Source of the DNA: Thermoflavifilum sp.
GTDB taxonomy: Bacteria; Bacteroidota; Bacteroidia; Chitinophagales; Chitinophagaceae
Direction of reading: 5' to 3'
Assembly: GCA_019683625.1 (NCBI GenBank)
Contig: JADGHY010000001.1
Span: forward strand, 1 to 48,327
DNA length: 48,327 nt
In this document: piece by piece, positions 31,001 through 40,054 of the stretch
Layout: each line of letters opens with the position of its first letter
Position numbering within the stretch: position 1 is the first letter of the stretch
Program-made: the position numbers and the translations under genes
Notes under the pieces: model-generated
The model's database searches: none
Told to the model about the DNA's origin: nothing
Seen by the model: only the letters and a program-made list of their open reading frames with translations

Positions 31001-31242
31001 ATGGTACCTACTACGGTTCCTTTTACCCGAACGGTAACCCCGGATAGAGGCTCTCCGTTCTCGGCGTCGCGGATCTGTCCGCTTACCTGATGGGTAGCCT
31101 GTTGGGCCGAAGACGGAAAGGACAATGCCCCCAGCAACCAAACCCCTATTGCTAAGGCAAGGACAAACGGGGCATACCTCGGGCTTCGGCAATTTCCTGC
31201 CTGTGCAGGGTAGTCTCGTAAATTGTACATCTGGTGTGGCAT
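28015..31242 (-). CDS. SusC/RagA TonB-dependent transporter (no STN domain)
   Basis: QVVVVGYGQMKK, PLYVIDG, SATAIYG...NGVVIITTK and terminal F; start 31242 or 31230. Confidence 0.95.
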   Translation of the reverse strand: MPHQMYNLRDYPAQAGNCRSPRYAPFVLALAIGVWLLGALSFPSSAQQATHQVSGQIRDAENGEPLSGVTVRVKGTVVGTISDAQGQFVIHASPGDTLLFTFLGYSPRQVVVGPQNNLAIRLTKSYSQLDQVVVVGYGQMKKSDLSSSQVTVSSDEIQRTINTTFDQALQGRAAGVYVSSPSGQPGAAPSVIIRGLATLTQNAQPLYVIDGVQIRPGNPADDPYNHPTGFSNLLSTINPDDIASINILEGPSATAIYGAAGGNGVVIITTKSGRAGQSKISVSTLFTVQDKPKHIPVMSLPQYASFRNAMDSAGGLPTQPEFYDPSILGPGTDWQDALYRRTLLQKHQFSISGGNERTTHYLSGEYFNQQGIAPGSGFTRYTLRLNLDNQTTKWLKVGTHMNVAYTKERVNTTNGGIIQLALQQNPSVPVKNPDGSWGGPTSTQFQFTNPVMLASIYNDYNKRAAIIGGVYADLNLAKGLTFHNEFNTSIEYYNYYSFHPGYQAGGFIVTQDNATSTRMATNNYWWGVNNRLQYHLNLGKHDITLMAAHEAQSWTYESLSGSRKNFLTNDVQELSAGDASTLSNISNNSSKASGAQESYFGRINYTYNDKYILQATYRADGNSNFGPNYRWGYFPSFSVAWRISKEPFMRSLRAVNDLKLRLEWGESGNAGGGGVYAALQAVPTPWGNGFLLVKFPNPNLKWETDKTLNAGFDLYMFNSRLEVVADAYIKKSTNLITVNTYPFTLGGDISYSPGYIQWPTVNAGSMENKGIDLTVNSVNIDHREFSWRTGLTFSLDRNKITSLMNTINPVWAATQVEFISKVGQPASMITGYIAEGLFQDYKDISTHAIQTSNRKLTINPATGSWPGDIKFKDINGDGFIDQNDRIIIGNPWPKFTFGFNNSFSYKNFDLNIFMQGSVGNDILDYPRYLLSIPGNSGVYGNYLAEVANFARPSSYSASDSTSVYLLNPGHDIPRVAPGDPNGNNRMSQWFVENGSYLRIKNVTLSYHFPRKWISHLSMTGLQASVSVQNLLTITGYKGYDPEVGMVNYGGTLMVGVDTGRYPSVRMYSVSLTADF

Positions 31243-31276
31243 AACAAGGTGTTTTTGAGTGAAAAATGGTGATTGA

Positions 31277-34240
31277 TTATGAGGATGTTGATTTTGCTTG
31301 GTTATCCAAAGCAGCCGGCAACTGCAGCTGCACCTCTCGCCCATCATACTGCACCACCTGATCGCCCCGATTCCCCTCCAGATCAATGGGCCAGGGATGA
31401 GTGGGCGTTACCCAGCGGATGACAAAGACCCGTTTAGGCAGCATGCCCGGAAAACTTCCCTCCCGCCGGCCAATAGTCAACAGATGCCGTTGCTCGTCAT
31501 ACCGAATGGGAATCAGGCTATATGCACCTTTTTCATAGGCATAAGTCTTCCCGTCGTCTTCATACAGGGTAAATTGGCCGTTGGCACCGGTATACACATG
31601 CAATACCAGGGTATCGGCCGGCTTCTGATCCGTATATTCCATGGCAGGGCCCAAGGGAATGATGCTGCCCGCTTTTGCAAATACCGGGATATGCTCATAA
31701 GGAGCGGCCGCCTTAATCGTCTGCCCACCGGGCAGATCAGCCTCCCGGCCTGCCTGCCGGCGAGGCAGGTATTTTCCGGTAAAGAAATCATACCAATTGG
31801 CTTGTGAGGGTAAGTATACCCGGCGGCTCCTGGCCTGATAGGCATATACCGGATTCACCAATAATGCCGGCCCAAACATGTAAGCATCATGGATTTGCCA
31901 GCTTGTACTATCGGTTGGGAAATCCATTGCCAGGCCTCTCATCAGGGTATAATGGTTCAGGTACACGGCACCAGCCAGAGAATAGATATAAGGCAACAGC
32001 CGATAACGGAGCCGGTCGGTGAACAAAATGGCCTGATAAGTTGGGCTTCCTGGCGGCGCGATGGTGAAGATTTCCCGGTAAGGAGCCTGGCCATGTGCCC
32101 GGAAAAGCGGACAGAAGGTGGCAAACTGATACCAGCGGGTCATGAGCTCCTGCCATTCCCTTTCAGCGGCCGTGTCGGGGTGCTGAAAATGGGTTTCTGT
32201 GGCAAATCCGCCTATATCCATAGTCCAGTAGGGGATGCCCGACATGGAAAAGCTGATGCCCGTAGCAATTTGATTTTTCATGTCGGCCCAGGTGGCTCCG
32301 ATGTCGCCGCTCCAGGTAGCGGCGGCATAACGCTGGCTGCCTCCCCAGGCCGAACGGGTAAGGATGAAAACCCGCTGCTGCGGAGCGGCTTGCCGTTGTC
32401 CCTCATAAAAGGCTTGTGCATTTACGAGTGGATACGCGTTGAATACGCAATCTGCCGGGCCGGCAGCCGTTGGATTCATCAGTGCTTTTCGTTTGCTGAT
32501 GGATGCATTGGATAAAATATCAGGTTCTGAAGCGTCAAGCCACCAGGCATCCACTCCCAGGGTAAATAGCCGCTCGTCGACCAGATGCCAGAAAGCTTTT
32601 CGGGCACGTGGGTTAAAAGCGTCGTAAAACGTAGACACATACCCGACCCAGTCTTTTTGCTGATCCCAGATATTTTGCCGGTACAGCCATCCGCTGTCCC
32701 AGAACGGTTGAAAGGTGTTGGCTGTCTGGTAAAACTTTGGCCATACCGAAATCATAAAATGCATGTGATAGCGTTGATGCAATGTGTCGATCATGGCCCG
32801 GGGGTTGGGATAGCGTGCAGGGTCAAACTGTTGGCTACCCCACTGGTCTTTTTTCCAGTAAAACCAATCCTGCACAATATTATCCAGCGGCACGTGGAGC
32901 TGCCGGAAACGGGCGGCCATATCCAGGATTTCCTGCTGAGAGGCATAATGTTCACGGCTTTGCCAAAAACCATAGGCCCAACGCGGAAAAATGGGAGCCC
33001 TGCCGGTCAGGTAGCGATATCCGCTGATGAGGCTGTCGGGACAAGAGCCATACATGAAAAAATAATCAATGGCTTTTGCTGCTTCTGCAGCCAATCGAAG
33101 ATGCTGCTGTTCCTCCCAGGTAATCGGGCGGTGCCATTTCACGGAAAAAAATGACTCGTTCCCATCAGGCCGCCACTGTATTTTAATGGGGTAAGTTTCA
33201 CCGGCTTTCATATCCACCGGCATCAACACCGAAGCCGGATTCCAGCTTTGGCGCCACCGGTCTATGACCAACTTGCCATCCCACCAAACTTTCAGATAAC
33301 CTCCTACGGTAAACAAAAACACGTGCACGCCGCTATAAGGAGAGCGAATGGCGCCTTCCCAGGTGATCTGGGCATGGGCGTTCAGGGTGAAGGAAGAGGG
33401 TAAATGGCTGAGATCGGATAAATAGGTATAAGCGATATGATTCTCCTGGCGGACTATAGGATCAGCCGCTTGGCGGTAATCTTCTTCATATACGGCGGTC
33501 AGGGCTCCAGGTTCGCCCTCGGCATTGTGTAATTCCAATTCGCTGAGCTCGCTGTAGGTGGTGCATGCTTCCGGGGAAAATGAGCTGATGCCATTGTTAT
33601 TCCACAGCAGCCCGCTATGATGGGTATTCCAGATAAAAGGCACGAAAGCTTCCGTATTGTGCTGGGCCAGTTCAATGATTTGTCCTTTGATATTGGTTAA
33701 GCCCAGTTGATTTTCCCCCAAGCCATACCAGGCATCCCGGGCGGTATCTACAAACACCTGGCTCACCCGATAGGCTGCCTGCCCGCCTACCGTGGCGGGA
33801 ATAAATCGTCGCCCCGAATACGCTTTTTCCTGCAGCAACACTTGTCCCCGGTAATCCCTGAACACGATCTGATCCTTATCCGGCAGGATGACCACCTGCA
33901 GGGAATCGGTAGTAAGCCTAATCTGGGATGGTTCAGCTGCTATATGGCAGGCAAATGCGGAATCCGGAGGAAGAACGATCATCGGGTTGGTTGCAGTATC
34001 TAGTTGCTCTTCAGCCGAGGCCTGGACATGTATGATCGTAGGAGAAACCGCTTGAACACGCAACAGACGGGTGTTAAAGCGAGGATCTCCTAAGTGGATC
34101 TCTACCCCGTTTGGAAGCTCCCGATAGGTAAAATGAGTTGCGTTTTGGGGCTGCGCACAACTATATAGGGCAGAAGTCAGTAGCCACGCCCATATCCATC
34201 CTAAGGAGTACCTGTTTGGCCTGTGCATCCGTACGCTCAT
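31277..34240 (-). CDS. GH31 alpha-xylosidase with PA14 domain
   Basis: PA14 insert (WEGAI...DRWRQSWNP), WWLDASEPD nucleophile, WSGDIG, WTMDIGGF and FRAHG motifs; architecture of CjXyl31A/BoGH31A. Confidence 0.9.
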   Translation of the reverse strand: MSVRMHRPNRYSLGWIWAWLLTSALYSCAQPQNATHFTYRELPNGVEIHLGDPRFNTRLLRVQAVSPTIIHVQASAEEQLDTATNPMIVLPPDSAFACHIAAEPSQIRLTTDSLQVVILPDKDQIVFRDYRGQVLLQEKAYSGRRFIPATVGGQAAYRVSQVFVDTARDAWYGLGENQLGLTNIKGQIIELAQHNTEAFVPFIWNTHHSGLLWNNNGISSFSPEACTTYSELSELELHNAEGEPGALTAVYEEDYRQAADPIVRQENHIAYTYLSDLSHLPSSFTLNAHAQITWEGAIRSPYSGVHVFLFTVGGYLKVWWDGKLVIDRWRQSWNPASVLMPVDMKAGETYPIKIQWRPDGNESFFSVKWHRPITWEEQQHLRLAAEAAKAIDYFFMYGSCPDSLISGYRYLTGRAPIFPRWAYGFWQSREHYASQQEILDMAARFRQLHVPLDNIVQDWFYWKKDQWGSQQFDPARYPNPRAMIDTLHQRYHMHFMISVWPKFYQTANTFQPFWDSGWLYRQNIWDQQKDWVGYVSTFYDAFNPRARKAFWHLVDERLFTLGVDAWWLDASEPDILSNASISKRKALMNPTAAGPADCVFNAYPLVNAQAFYEGQRQAAPQQRVFILTRSAWGGSQRYAAATWSGDIGATWADMKNQIATGISFSMSGIPYWTMDIGGFATETHFQHPDTAAEREWQELMTRWYQFATFCPLFRAHGQAPYREIFTIAPPGSPTYQAILFTDRLRYRLLPYIYSLAGAVYLNHYTLMRGLAMDFPTDSTSWQIHDAYMFGPALLVNPVYAYQARSRRVYLPSQANWYDFFTGKYLPRRQAGREADLPGGQTIKAAAPYEHIPVFAKAGSIIPLGPAMEYTDQKPADTLVLHVYTGANGQFTLYEDDGKTYAYEKGAYSLIPIRYDEQRHLLTIGRREGSFPGMLPKRVFVIRWVTPTHPWPIDLEGNRGDQVVQYDGREVQLQLPAALDNQAKSTSS
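31737..31769. repeat. 33-nt GC-rich palindromic (REP-like) element lying in frame within the GH31 gene
   Basis: CCTGCCT-GCCGGC-G-AGGCAGG palindrome at 31749-31769; removing 31737-31769 gives TGKYLPGGQTI. Confidence 0.6.
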
Positions 34241-34252
34241 TTATTCACGCAC

Positions 34253-34260
34253 CAAAAATA
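34253..34260 (-). promoter_or_regulatory. Bacteroidota sigma-A -7 element for PUL2
   Basis: Minus strand TATTTTTG matches TAnnTTTG and lies between the candidate HTCS boxes and the GH31 start. Confidence 0.6.
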
Positions 34261-34281
34261 ACCGGATGCGCAAGGAACAGG

Positions 34282-34358
34282 GGGTGTGATTTCGCTACAA
34301 AGCGGGCATGATTTGTACCCGCAAGGGTATCATTTGTTTCTAATCTGGGTATGATTTG
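34282..34358. promoter_or_regulatory. Four phased direct repeats (candidate HTCS binding sites)
   Basis: GGGTGTGATTTC (34282), GGGCATGATTTG (34304), GGGTATCATTTG (34325) and GGGTATGATTTG (34347); spacing 22/21/22. Confidence 0.8.
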
Positions 34359-34359
34359 A

Positions 34360-37300
34360 TTATGGCCGGGATGCATCATCGGCAACAGAGGCTTGTTGTG
34401 CCCTCATTTGTTGCTGGTATTCGGAGGGAAGGATCTGAAAGGCCTCTTTAAAATAGCGGGTAAAATATTTGGGATTGTTGAAACCCACGCTATAAGCCAC
34501 TTCAGACACAGTCATCCGGGAATGGGCGAGCAGCTGACGGGCATGTTCCAGGCGAATTCTGCGGATGAATTCCAGAGGCGATTTACCCGTAAGGGCGACA
34601 ATTCTCTTATAGAGGGCAGCCCGGCTCATATACAATTCCTGGCTGAATTTGGTTACCGAGAAGCCAGGATCCTGCAAATGTTTTTCCACTGCTTTGCGTG
34701 CTTTTTCCAGAAACTGCTCATCTTCTGGCGGCATTTGCACCATGGGCGGGGTAAGATCAACGGATGGGGGCTGCAGCTTCTGTGCCCTGCGTTTTTCCCG
34801 CAAAAGGTTACGAATGCGGGTCTGAAGGATTTCAAAATTAAATGGTTTCACCAGGTAGTCATTGGCACCGGCATCTAATCCTTCGATCTGCTGTTCGTCC
34901 CCTGCACGGGCGGTAAGCAAAATCAAGGGAATTTCGGCAGTTCTCGGATCGGCTTTCAGCTTTTTGGCCAGGGCAATGCCATCCATCCCCGGCATCATAA
35001 TATCGCTCACAATGAGGGCTGGATGCTCGTGCAATGCTTTTTCCCAACCTGCTTGTCCGTCGGCTGCCTCTAAAATCCGATAGTGCAGTTGCAGATTATC
35101 TTTCAAATAAAAACGAAAATCATCGTTGTCTTCGATGAGCAGGATGGTAGGTTTGTGTCGGGCATTTTCTTCTGCAGGCTTAACGGATGCTTGCGAAACA
35201 GGTATCCGGCTCACCTGCCAAGGAGCGGTTTCTAAGGTAGAAGGCAAAGATTTTACCGGGAACCAAACATCAAATCGGGAACCATTTCCAGGTGCACTTT
35301 TCACGGTAATTTCCCCACCATGCATGCGCACAAACTCCCGCGTAATGGAAAGCCCTATGCCGCTGCCCTGATTCATGATTTCCGGCGGAACATCGTGTTG
35401 GAAAAAGCGTTCAAAAATATAGGGTTGTTTCTCCTCAGGAATGCCGATACCGCTATCGATTACGCTAAGCAGAAAATAAGGCTGATCTTGCTGGGCCTCG
35501 TCTTTTCGCATCACATGCTCCATCCGCAGCACCACGCTGCCTCCCACTGGGGTGAACTTAAAAGCATTGGAAAGCAAATTGAAGACGATACGCTCAAGCT
35601 TATCGGCATCAAAGGCCATCTGCAACGAGGAAAGGTTAGTTTCGATGGTAAAGGCAATTTGTTTGCGGTCGGCAATATCCATAAACGACATGGCAAGTTC
35701 GCGTACATAAGCCACTACATCGGCTTCGGCAAGGTGCAAAGGAATGGATTGGGTTTCAAGCTTGCGGAAATCGAGCAACTGATTGACCAACAACAAGAGC
35801 CTGCGGGCATTCCGGTAGATGAGTTGCAGTTGTTTCTGCAGTTCGGGATAGGCTTCCTGTTTAAGCAATCGTTCTACAGGGGTTAGAATAAGCGTCAGGG
35901 GAGTACGGAATTCATGGCTTACATTGGTGAAAAACCGGATCTTCATCATATCCAGTTCGTGCATCCGCTGGGCTTCTAGCTGCTGTTGCTGCAATTGAAA
36001 ATGCATACGAGCCCTGTCCAGCAATATTTTCCTGGCTAGCCATAAACAACCGATAAGAAAAGCCGCATAAAGCAGGTAAGCCCAGATCGTGCGCCAGAAA
36101 GGAGGCAGAATGGTGATATCGAGCGTAGTCCCCCGGGTATCCCATACGCCGTCGTTATTGGCAGCCACCACATGCAGCACATAATGCCCCGGATTCAAAT
36201 TCGTGTACACCGCCTTGCGTTGGCTGCCATCGGTATAGATCCAATCGCGATTGAATCCTTCCAACTTGTAAGCATATCCATTCCGGATAGAAGGAGTATA
36301 ACCGAGCGCTGCAAATTCAATGGAAAAATCATTTGCATTGTAAGGCAATACCAGCGAACGGGTTTGCGTGAGAGCCTGCTTCAAGATCACATGGCCTTTA
36401 ATCTTTTCACCCACCCGAACCTCGTGATTAAAGATTTGCAAATTGGTTAAAACAATGGGAGGGATTTCGCGACTGATTTCAATATGGGAAGGGTCAAATA
36501 AATTGAATCCATTGGGTCCACCAAAAGCCAATAAGCCTTCCCTGAGCCGATAAGCGGCCTTTTCGTTGAATTCCCTTCCCTGCAGGCCGTCGAGCTCATC
36601 AAAATTGCGAAAATGAAATTGCCATTTTCCGTTGTTCTGGCTGATCTGCAGGTTACACAGGCCATTGGGTGTGCCCATCCACAGCTGATGAGCAGGATCT
36701 TCCAGGATCGTGAGGATGGCATTGTCCGGTAGCCCATCTTTCTGATAAAACTGCTGGATGATTCCTGTTGCCGGGTTCAGCAGGTTCAATCCCTCCCGGG
36801 TGCCAATCCACATCCAGCCCCGGGAATCTTCGCACAGGGAAATCACATTGTCATTGCTTAGTGCATGGGGGTTACCTTCCTGATGCCCATAATGCGCCAG
36901 GATACGCCCCGAGGAAGGATCCATCACATCCACGCCTCCGGCCGTACCAATCCATAACCGCCCCTGCCGATCCTGCAAGAGCACGGAAATATATTTTAAG
37001 GCCGTGGCATGCGGGTCGCTCAAGGCATAATGGATAAAATGGCCCGTTTCCGGATCGAGCCGATCCAATCCCTGACCCAGCGTGCCAATCCACAAGCGCC
37101 CCTGCCGATCCTGCAAAATATCCCAGACTTTATCCCCCGCCAGCGAATAAGGATCATCATCCCGATGCCGATAATGGATAAAACGATGCCCATCAAAACA
37201 ATCTAATCCGCCATAGTAAGTGCCAATCCACAGCTTGCCTTGACGATCCAGACACAAGCTCACAATCACATTGTTGGAAAGCGAATGCGGATCCCCTGCG

Positions 37301-38550
37301 CGATGGACATATTGCCGGAAAATATTCTGCTTCCGGTCAAAATAAATCAATCCACCCCCGTTGGAACCAATCCATAGATTGCCTTCGGCATCTTCCACAA
37401 ACCGATTCACATCGTCGTACCCCCATTCCGCCGGATGGGCAAACCAGTGTTTATACAACGGGAAACGATCAAATTGCTCGTTGTAATAGCAGAATCCTTT
37501 TTTGTAAGTACCCACCCAGATGATGCCCGACGCATCCCGGAACAGTGCATAGACGCTGTTTTGGCTTAAGCTTTTATCGTCATCGGGCTGATTGAGGACA
37601 TAGCTAATTCGAAAATCGGGCAGATGAATGATATTGATTCCTCCATGATCGGTGCCCACCCAGATATTGCCTTTGCGGTCCTGGATGATGCCATATACAA
37701 TGTCGTTGTTTAAGGGATAGCTAAGATTGCTTTTGCTGAAATGGATGTATTGCTGGCTGGCAGGGTTGTAGTAAAATACTCCGGCTGCGTCCTGGGTAGG
37801 ATAAGCCCAGAGGCCGCCGTCTCGATCCACAAACAGGCTATAGTTGCCCACACGGGTGCTGTTTCGGGCTATCCTATCCGTTTGATAGCCTATCTGTAAG
37901 GTCTGGGCATTGATTTCCGCTATGCGTCCGCGCCAGTCAATCACCCACACATTGCCCCACCTGTCGAGGGTGATGCTGGTGAGGCTATCGCTCAACAGCC
38001 CTGTATTTGACAACTTTTTGCTTAATACCAGGTGGCTCGTTTGCGTCCGGGAATCATAGCAGTAGAGATTGCCTGCTGCAGGGGCATAGGCGAGGTCATA
38101 TAAAAACCAATAGCGTTGCTGCCGATCCCGAATGATCTGAGCCACCGTGCCCGGGGGTAGTCCCAATGTCTGCAGCTCATGCAGATAATTCCTGCAAAAG
38201 CTTTCTGTACGTGGATCGTAAATATCGGCTCCATTGCGGGTATTGATCCATAACCTTTGATGGGGAAAGGGATAAATGCTGGTGATGAAGTTGTCGCTCA
38301 GCGAGGTGGTATCATTGACCTGATGCCTGAATACCGTGAAATGATAACCATCATACCGGTTTAAGCCAGACATGGTGCCGATCCACATAAATCCTTGATC
38401 ATCCTTCCAAAAACAGTTTACCTGATTGTGCGATAAACCTGCATCCATATCCACCCGGGTAAAGGAAAACCGGGTGAGCTGACCCATGGCCTGCAGCCCA
38501 TAGCCCAGCAGTACGCTCCACAATCCGATGCGGAACAATTGGCGAAACAT
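34360..38550 (-). CDS. Hybrid two-component system (beta-propeller sensor, Y_Y_Y, His kinase, receiver, AraC HTH)
   Basis: Reg_prop repeats (LWIGT..GGL), YTNLNPGHY, SHEFRTPL, NLLSNAFKFT, SDIMMPGMDG and VAYSVGFNNPKYF motifs. Confidence 0.96.
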   Translation of the reverse strand: MFRQLFRIGLWSVLLGYGLQAMGQLTRFSFTRVDMDAGLSHNQVNCFWKDDQGFMWIGTMSGLNRYDGYHFTVFRHQVNDTTSLSDNFITSIYPFPHQRLWINTRNGADIYDPRTESFCRNYLHELQTLGLPPGTVAQIIRDRQQRYWFLYDLAYAPAAGNLYCYDSRTQTSHLVLSKKLSNTGLLSDSLTSITLDRWGNVWVIDWRGRIAEINAQTLQIGYQTDRIARNSTRVGNYSLFVDRDGGLWAYPTQDAAGVFYYNPASQQYIHFSKSNLSYPLNNDIVYGIIQDRKGNIWVGTDHGGINIIHLPDFRISYVLNQPDDDKSLSQNSVYALFRDASGIIWVGTYKKGFCYYNEQFDRFPLYKHWFAHPAEWGYDDVNRFVEDAEGNLWIGSNGGGLIYFDRKQNIFRQYVHRAGDPHSLSNNVIVSLCLDRQGKLWIGTYYGGLDCFDGHRFIHYRHRDDDPYSLAGDKVWDILQDRQGRLWIGTLGQGLDRLDPETGHFIHYALSDPHATALKYISVLLQDRQGRLWIGTAGGVDVMDPSSGRILAHYGHQEGNPHALSNDNVISLCEDSRGWMWIGTREGLNLLNPATGIIQQFYQKDGLPDNAILTILEDPAHQLWMGTPNGLCNLQISQNNGKWQFHFRNFDELDGLQGREFNEKAAYRLREGLLAFGGPNGFNLFDPSHIEISREIPPIVLTNLQIFNHEVRVGEKIKGHVILKQALTQTRSLVLPYNANDFSIEFAALGYTPSIRNGYAYKLEGFNRDWIYTDGSQRKAVYTNLNPGHYVLHVVAANNDGVWDTRGTTLDITILPPFWRTIWAYLLYAAFLIGCLWLARKILLDRARMHFQLQQQQLEAQRMHELDMMKIRFFTNVSHEFRTPLTLILTPVERLLKQEAYPELQKQLQLIYRNARRLLLLVNQLLDFRKLETQSIPLHLAEADVVAYVRELAMSFMDIADRKQIAFTIETNLSSLQMAFDADKLERIVFNLLSNAFKFTPVGGSVVLRMEHVMRKDEAQQDQPYFLLSVIDSGIGIPEEKQPYIFERFFQHDVPPEIMNQGSGIGLSITREFVRMHGGEITVKSAPGNGSRFDVWFPVKSLPSTLETAPWQVSRIPVSQASVKPAEENARHKPTILLIEDNDDFRFYLKDNLQLHYRILEAADGQAGWEKALHEHPALIVSDIMMPGMDGIALAKKLKADPRTAEIPLILLTARAGDEQQIEGLDAGANDYLVKPFNFEILQTRIRNLLREKRRAQKLQPPSVDLTPPMVQMPPEDEQFLEKARKAVEKHLQDPGFSVTKFSQELYMSRAALYKRIVALTGKSPLEFIRRIRLEHARQLLAHSRMTVSEVAYSVGFNNPKYFTRYFKEAFQILPSEYQQQMRAQQASVADDASRP

Positions 38551-38631
38551 AGCCCGGGAAAATAAACGCTTTCTGGTAAGTTAAACAAATTCTGATTTAC
38601 CCCAACATTTGGGTTTTTCTATCTTTAGGGC

Positions 38632-40044
38632 ATGCAAATTAGTTTCCATGGTGCCGCCCGAACAGTCACGGGCAGCAAACATTTGATCACCCTGAAATCG
38701 GGTACCCGCATCTTGTTGGATTGTGGCATGTTTCAGGGCATGGGCGTCCGGGCTGAACAACTGAACCACGAGTGGGGTTTTGAGCCTGCTTCGGTGCACA
38801 TGCTTATCTTAAGCCATGCCCATATTGATCATTCGGGTTTGATTCCCAAGCTGGTACACGACGGCTTTCATGGTCCTGTATATTGTACTCCGCCTACGCG
38901 AAAACTCAGCGAACTGCTGCTGCTGGATAGTGCCAATATTCAGGAACAAGAGGCCGATTTTGAAAACCGAAAAATAGGTCGGCTTACTGCAACAGCCGGG
39001 CATGCTCAGCCGCTTTATACCCCAGCCGATATCCCGGCTGCCATGGCTTTGTTCCGCGAACTGCCTTATGACCAATGGCACAAGCTTTCTGAAGAAGTGG
39101 AATTGATGTTTACCGATGCCGGCCATATCTTGGGCAGTGCCTGTGTACATCTTCGCATTTATGAAAATAACCAGACATTCCACCTGAGCTTTTCCGGTGA
39201 TGTAGGCCGTTATCGCGATGTGATCCTTCGCTCGCCCGCCCCATTTCCCCAGGCCGACTTTTTAATCATGGAATCAACCTATGGGAATAGCTTGCACGAG
39301 CCCGCCAGCCAGTCGGCCGATCAGCTTCTGGGCTGGATCACCCATACCTGCTTGGAGAAAAAAGGTAAACTCATCATCGCTGCCTTTAGCCTGGGCCGCA
39401 CCCAGGAAATCTTATACTACCTCAACCAGCTGGAACTCGAAAATCGCTTGCCCGCGCTCCGGTATTATCTGGATAGCCCGCTAAGCATAGCCCTTACCGA
39501 AGTCATCAAACAATATCCCGACTATTTCAATGCACGGGTAAAAAAGCTGCTCATCCGCGACAGTGACCCCTTTCATTTTCAAGGCCTGCAATACATCAAA
39601 GAGGTGGCCGATTCCAAATTGCTAAACTATATAGATGAGCCTTGCGTGATCATCAGCGCAAGTGGCATGGCCGACGCGGGACGCATCAAACACCACATCA
39701 GCCACAATATTGAAAATTCCAGAAATAGCATTTTGTTTACAGGTTACTGCGAGCCGGAATCCCTTGGGGGACGCTTGCTTACCCACCCCAAAGAAATCCA
39801 CTTGTTTGGGACACCGCATGAAGTACACGCAGAGATTGGCCAATTAAAGTCTATGAGTGCACATGGCGACTATGAGGACCTGCTGCAATGGCTGGGCTGC
39901 CAGGATCCCCGACGGGTGCGACAGCTGTTTTTGGTTCATGGGGAATATGATGTGCAGCTGGATTTCCAACAGCGACTGCTGCGGAAGGGCTTCCCCGAAG
40001 TGCTCATTCCCGATTTGCATCAATCCTTTTACCTTAGCCTTTAA
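38632..40044 (+). CDS. MBL-fold/beta-CASP metallo-hydrolase (putative RNase)
   Basis: GAARTVTGS, SHAHIDHSG, AGHILGS, MESTYG, SAHGD and LVHGE motifs. Confidence 0.92.
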   Translation: MQISFHGAARTVTGSKHLITLKSGTRILLDCGMFQGMGVRAEQLNHEWGFEPASVHMLILSHAHIDHSGLIPKLVHDGFHGPVYCTPPTRKLSELLLLDSANIQEQEADFENRKIGRLTATAGHAQPLYTPADIPAAMALFRELPYDQWHKLSEEVELMFTDAGHILGSACVHLRIYENNQTFHLSFSGDVGRYRDVILRSPAPFPQADFLIMESTYGNSLHEPASQSADQLLGWITHTCLEKKGKLIIAAFSLGRTQEILYYLNQLELENRLPALRYYLDSPLSIALTEVIKQYPDYFNARVKKLLIRDSDPFHFQGLQYIKEVADSKLLNYIDEPCVIISASGMADAGRIKHHISHNIENSRNSILFTGYCEPESLGGRLLTHPKEIHLFGTPHEVHAEIGQLKSMSAHGDYEDLLQWLGCQDPRRVRQLFLVHGEYDVQLDFQQRLLRKGFPEVLIPDLHQSFYLSL

Positions 40045-40054
40045 ACACCCACTC

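Noticed and set aside
34282-34358. Direct repeats as a possible mini-CRISPR array
   Set aside because: The 12-nt degenerate repeats with 9-10-nt spacers are far too short, and there are no cas genes.
36400-38500. Internal repeats in the HTCS gene
   Set aside because: These are ordinary beta-propeller (Reg_prop) blades.
39857-40054. Long 5' ORF extension of GH130 overlapping the nuclease gene; similar extensions on susC, fecR, LamG, SGBP and YhcH
   Set aside because: They are artefacts of longest-ORF calling; downstream starts give proper signal peptides and remove the overlaps.
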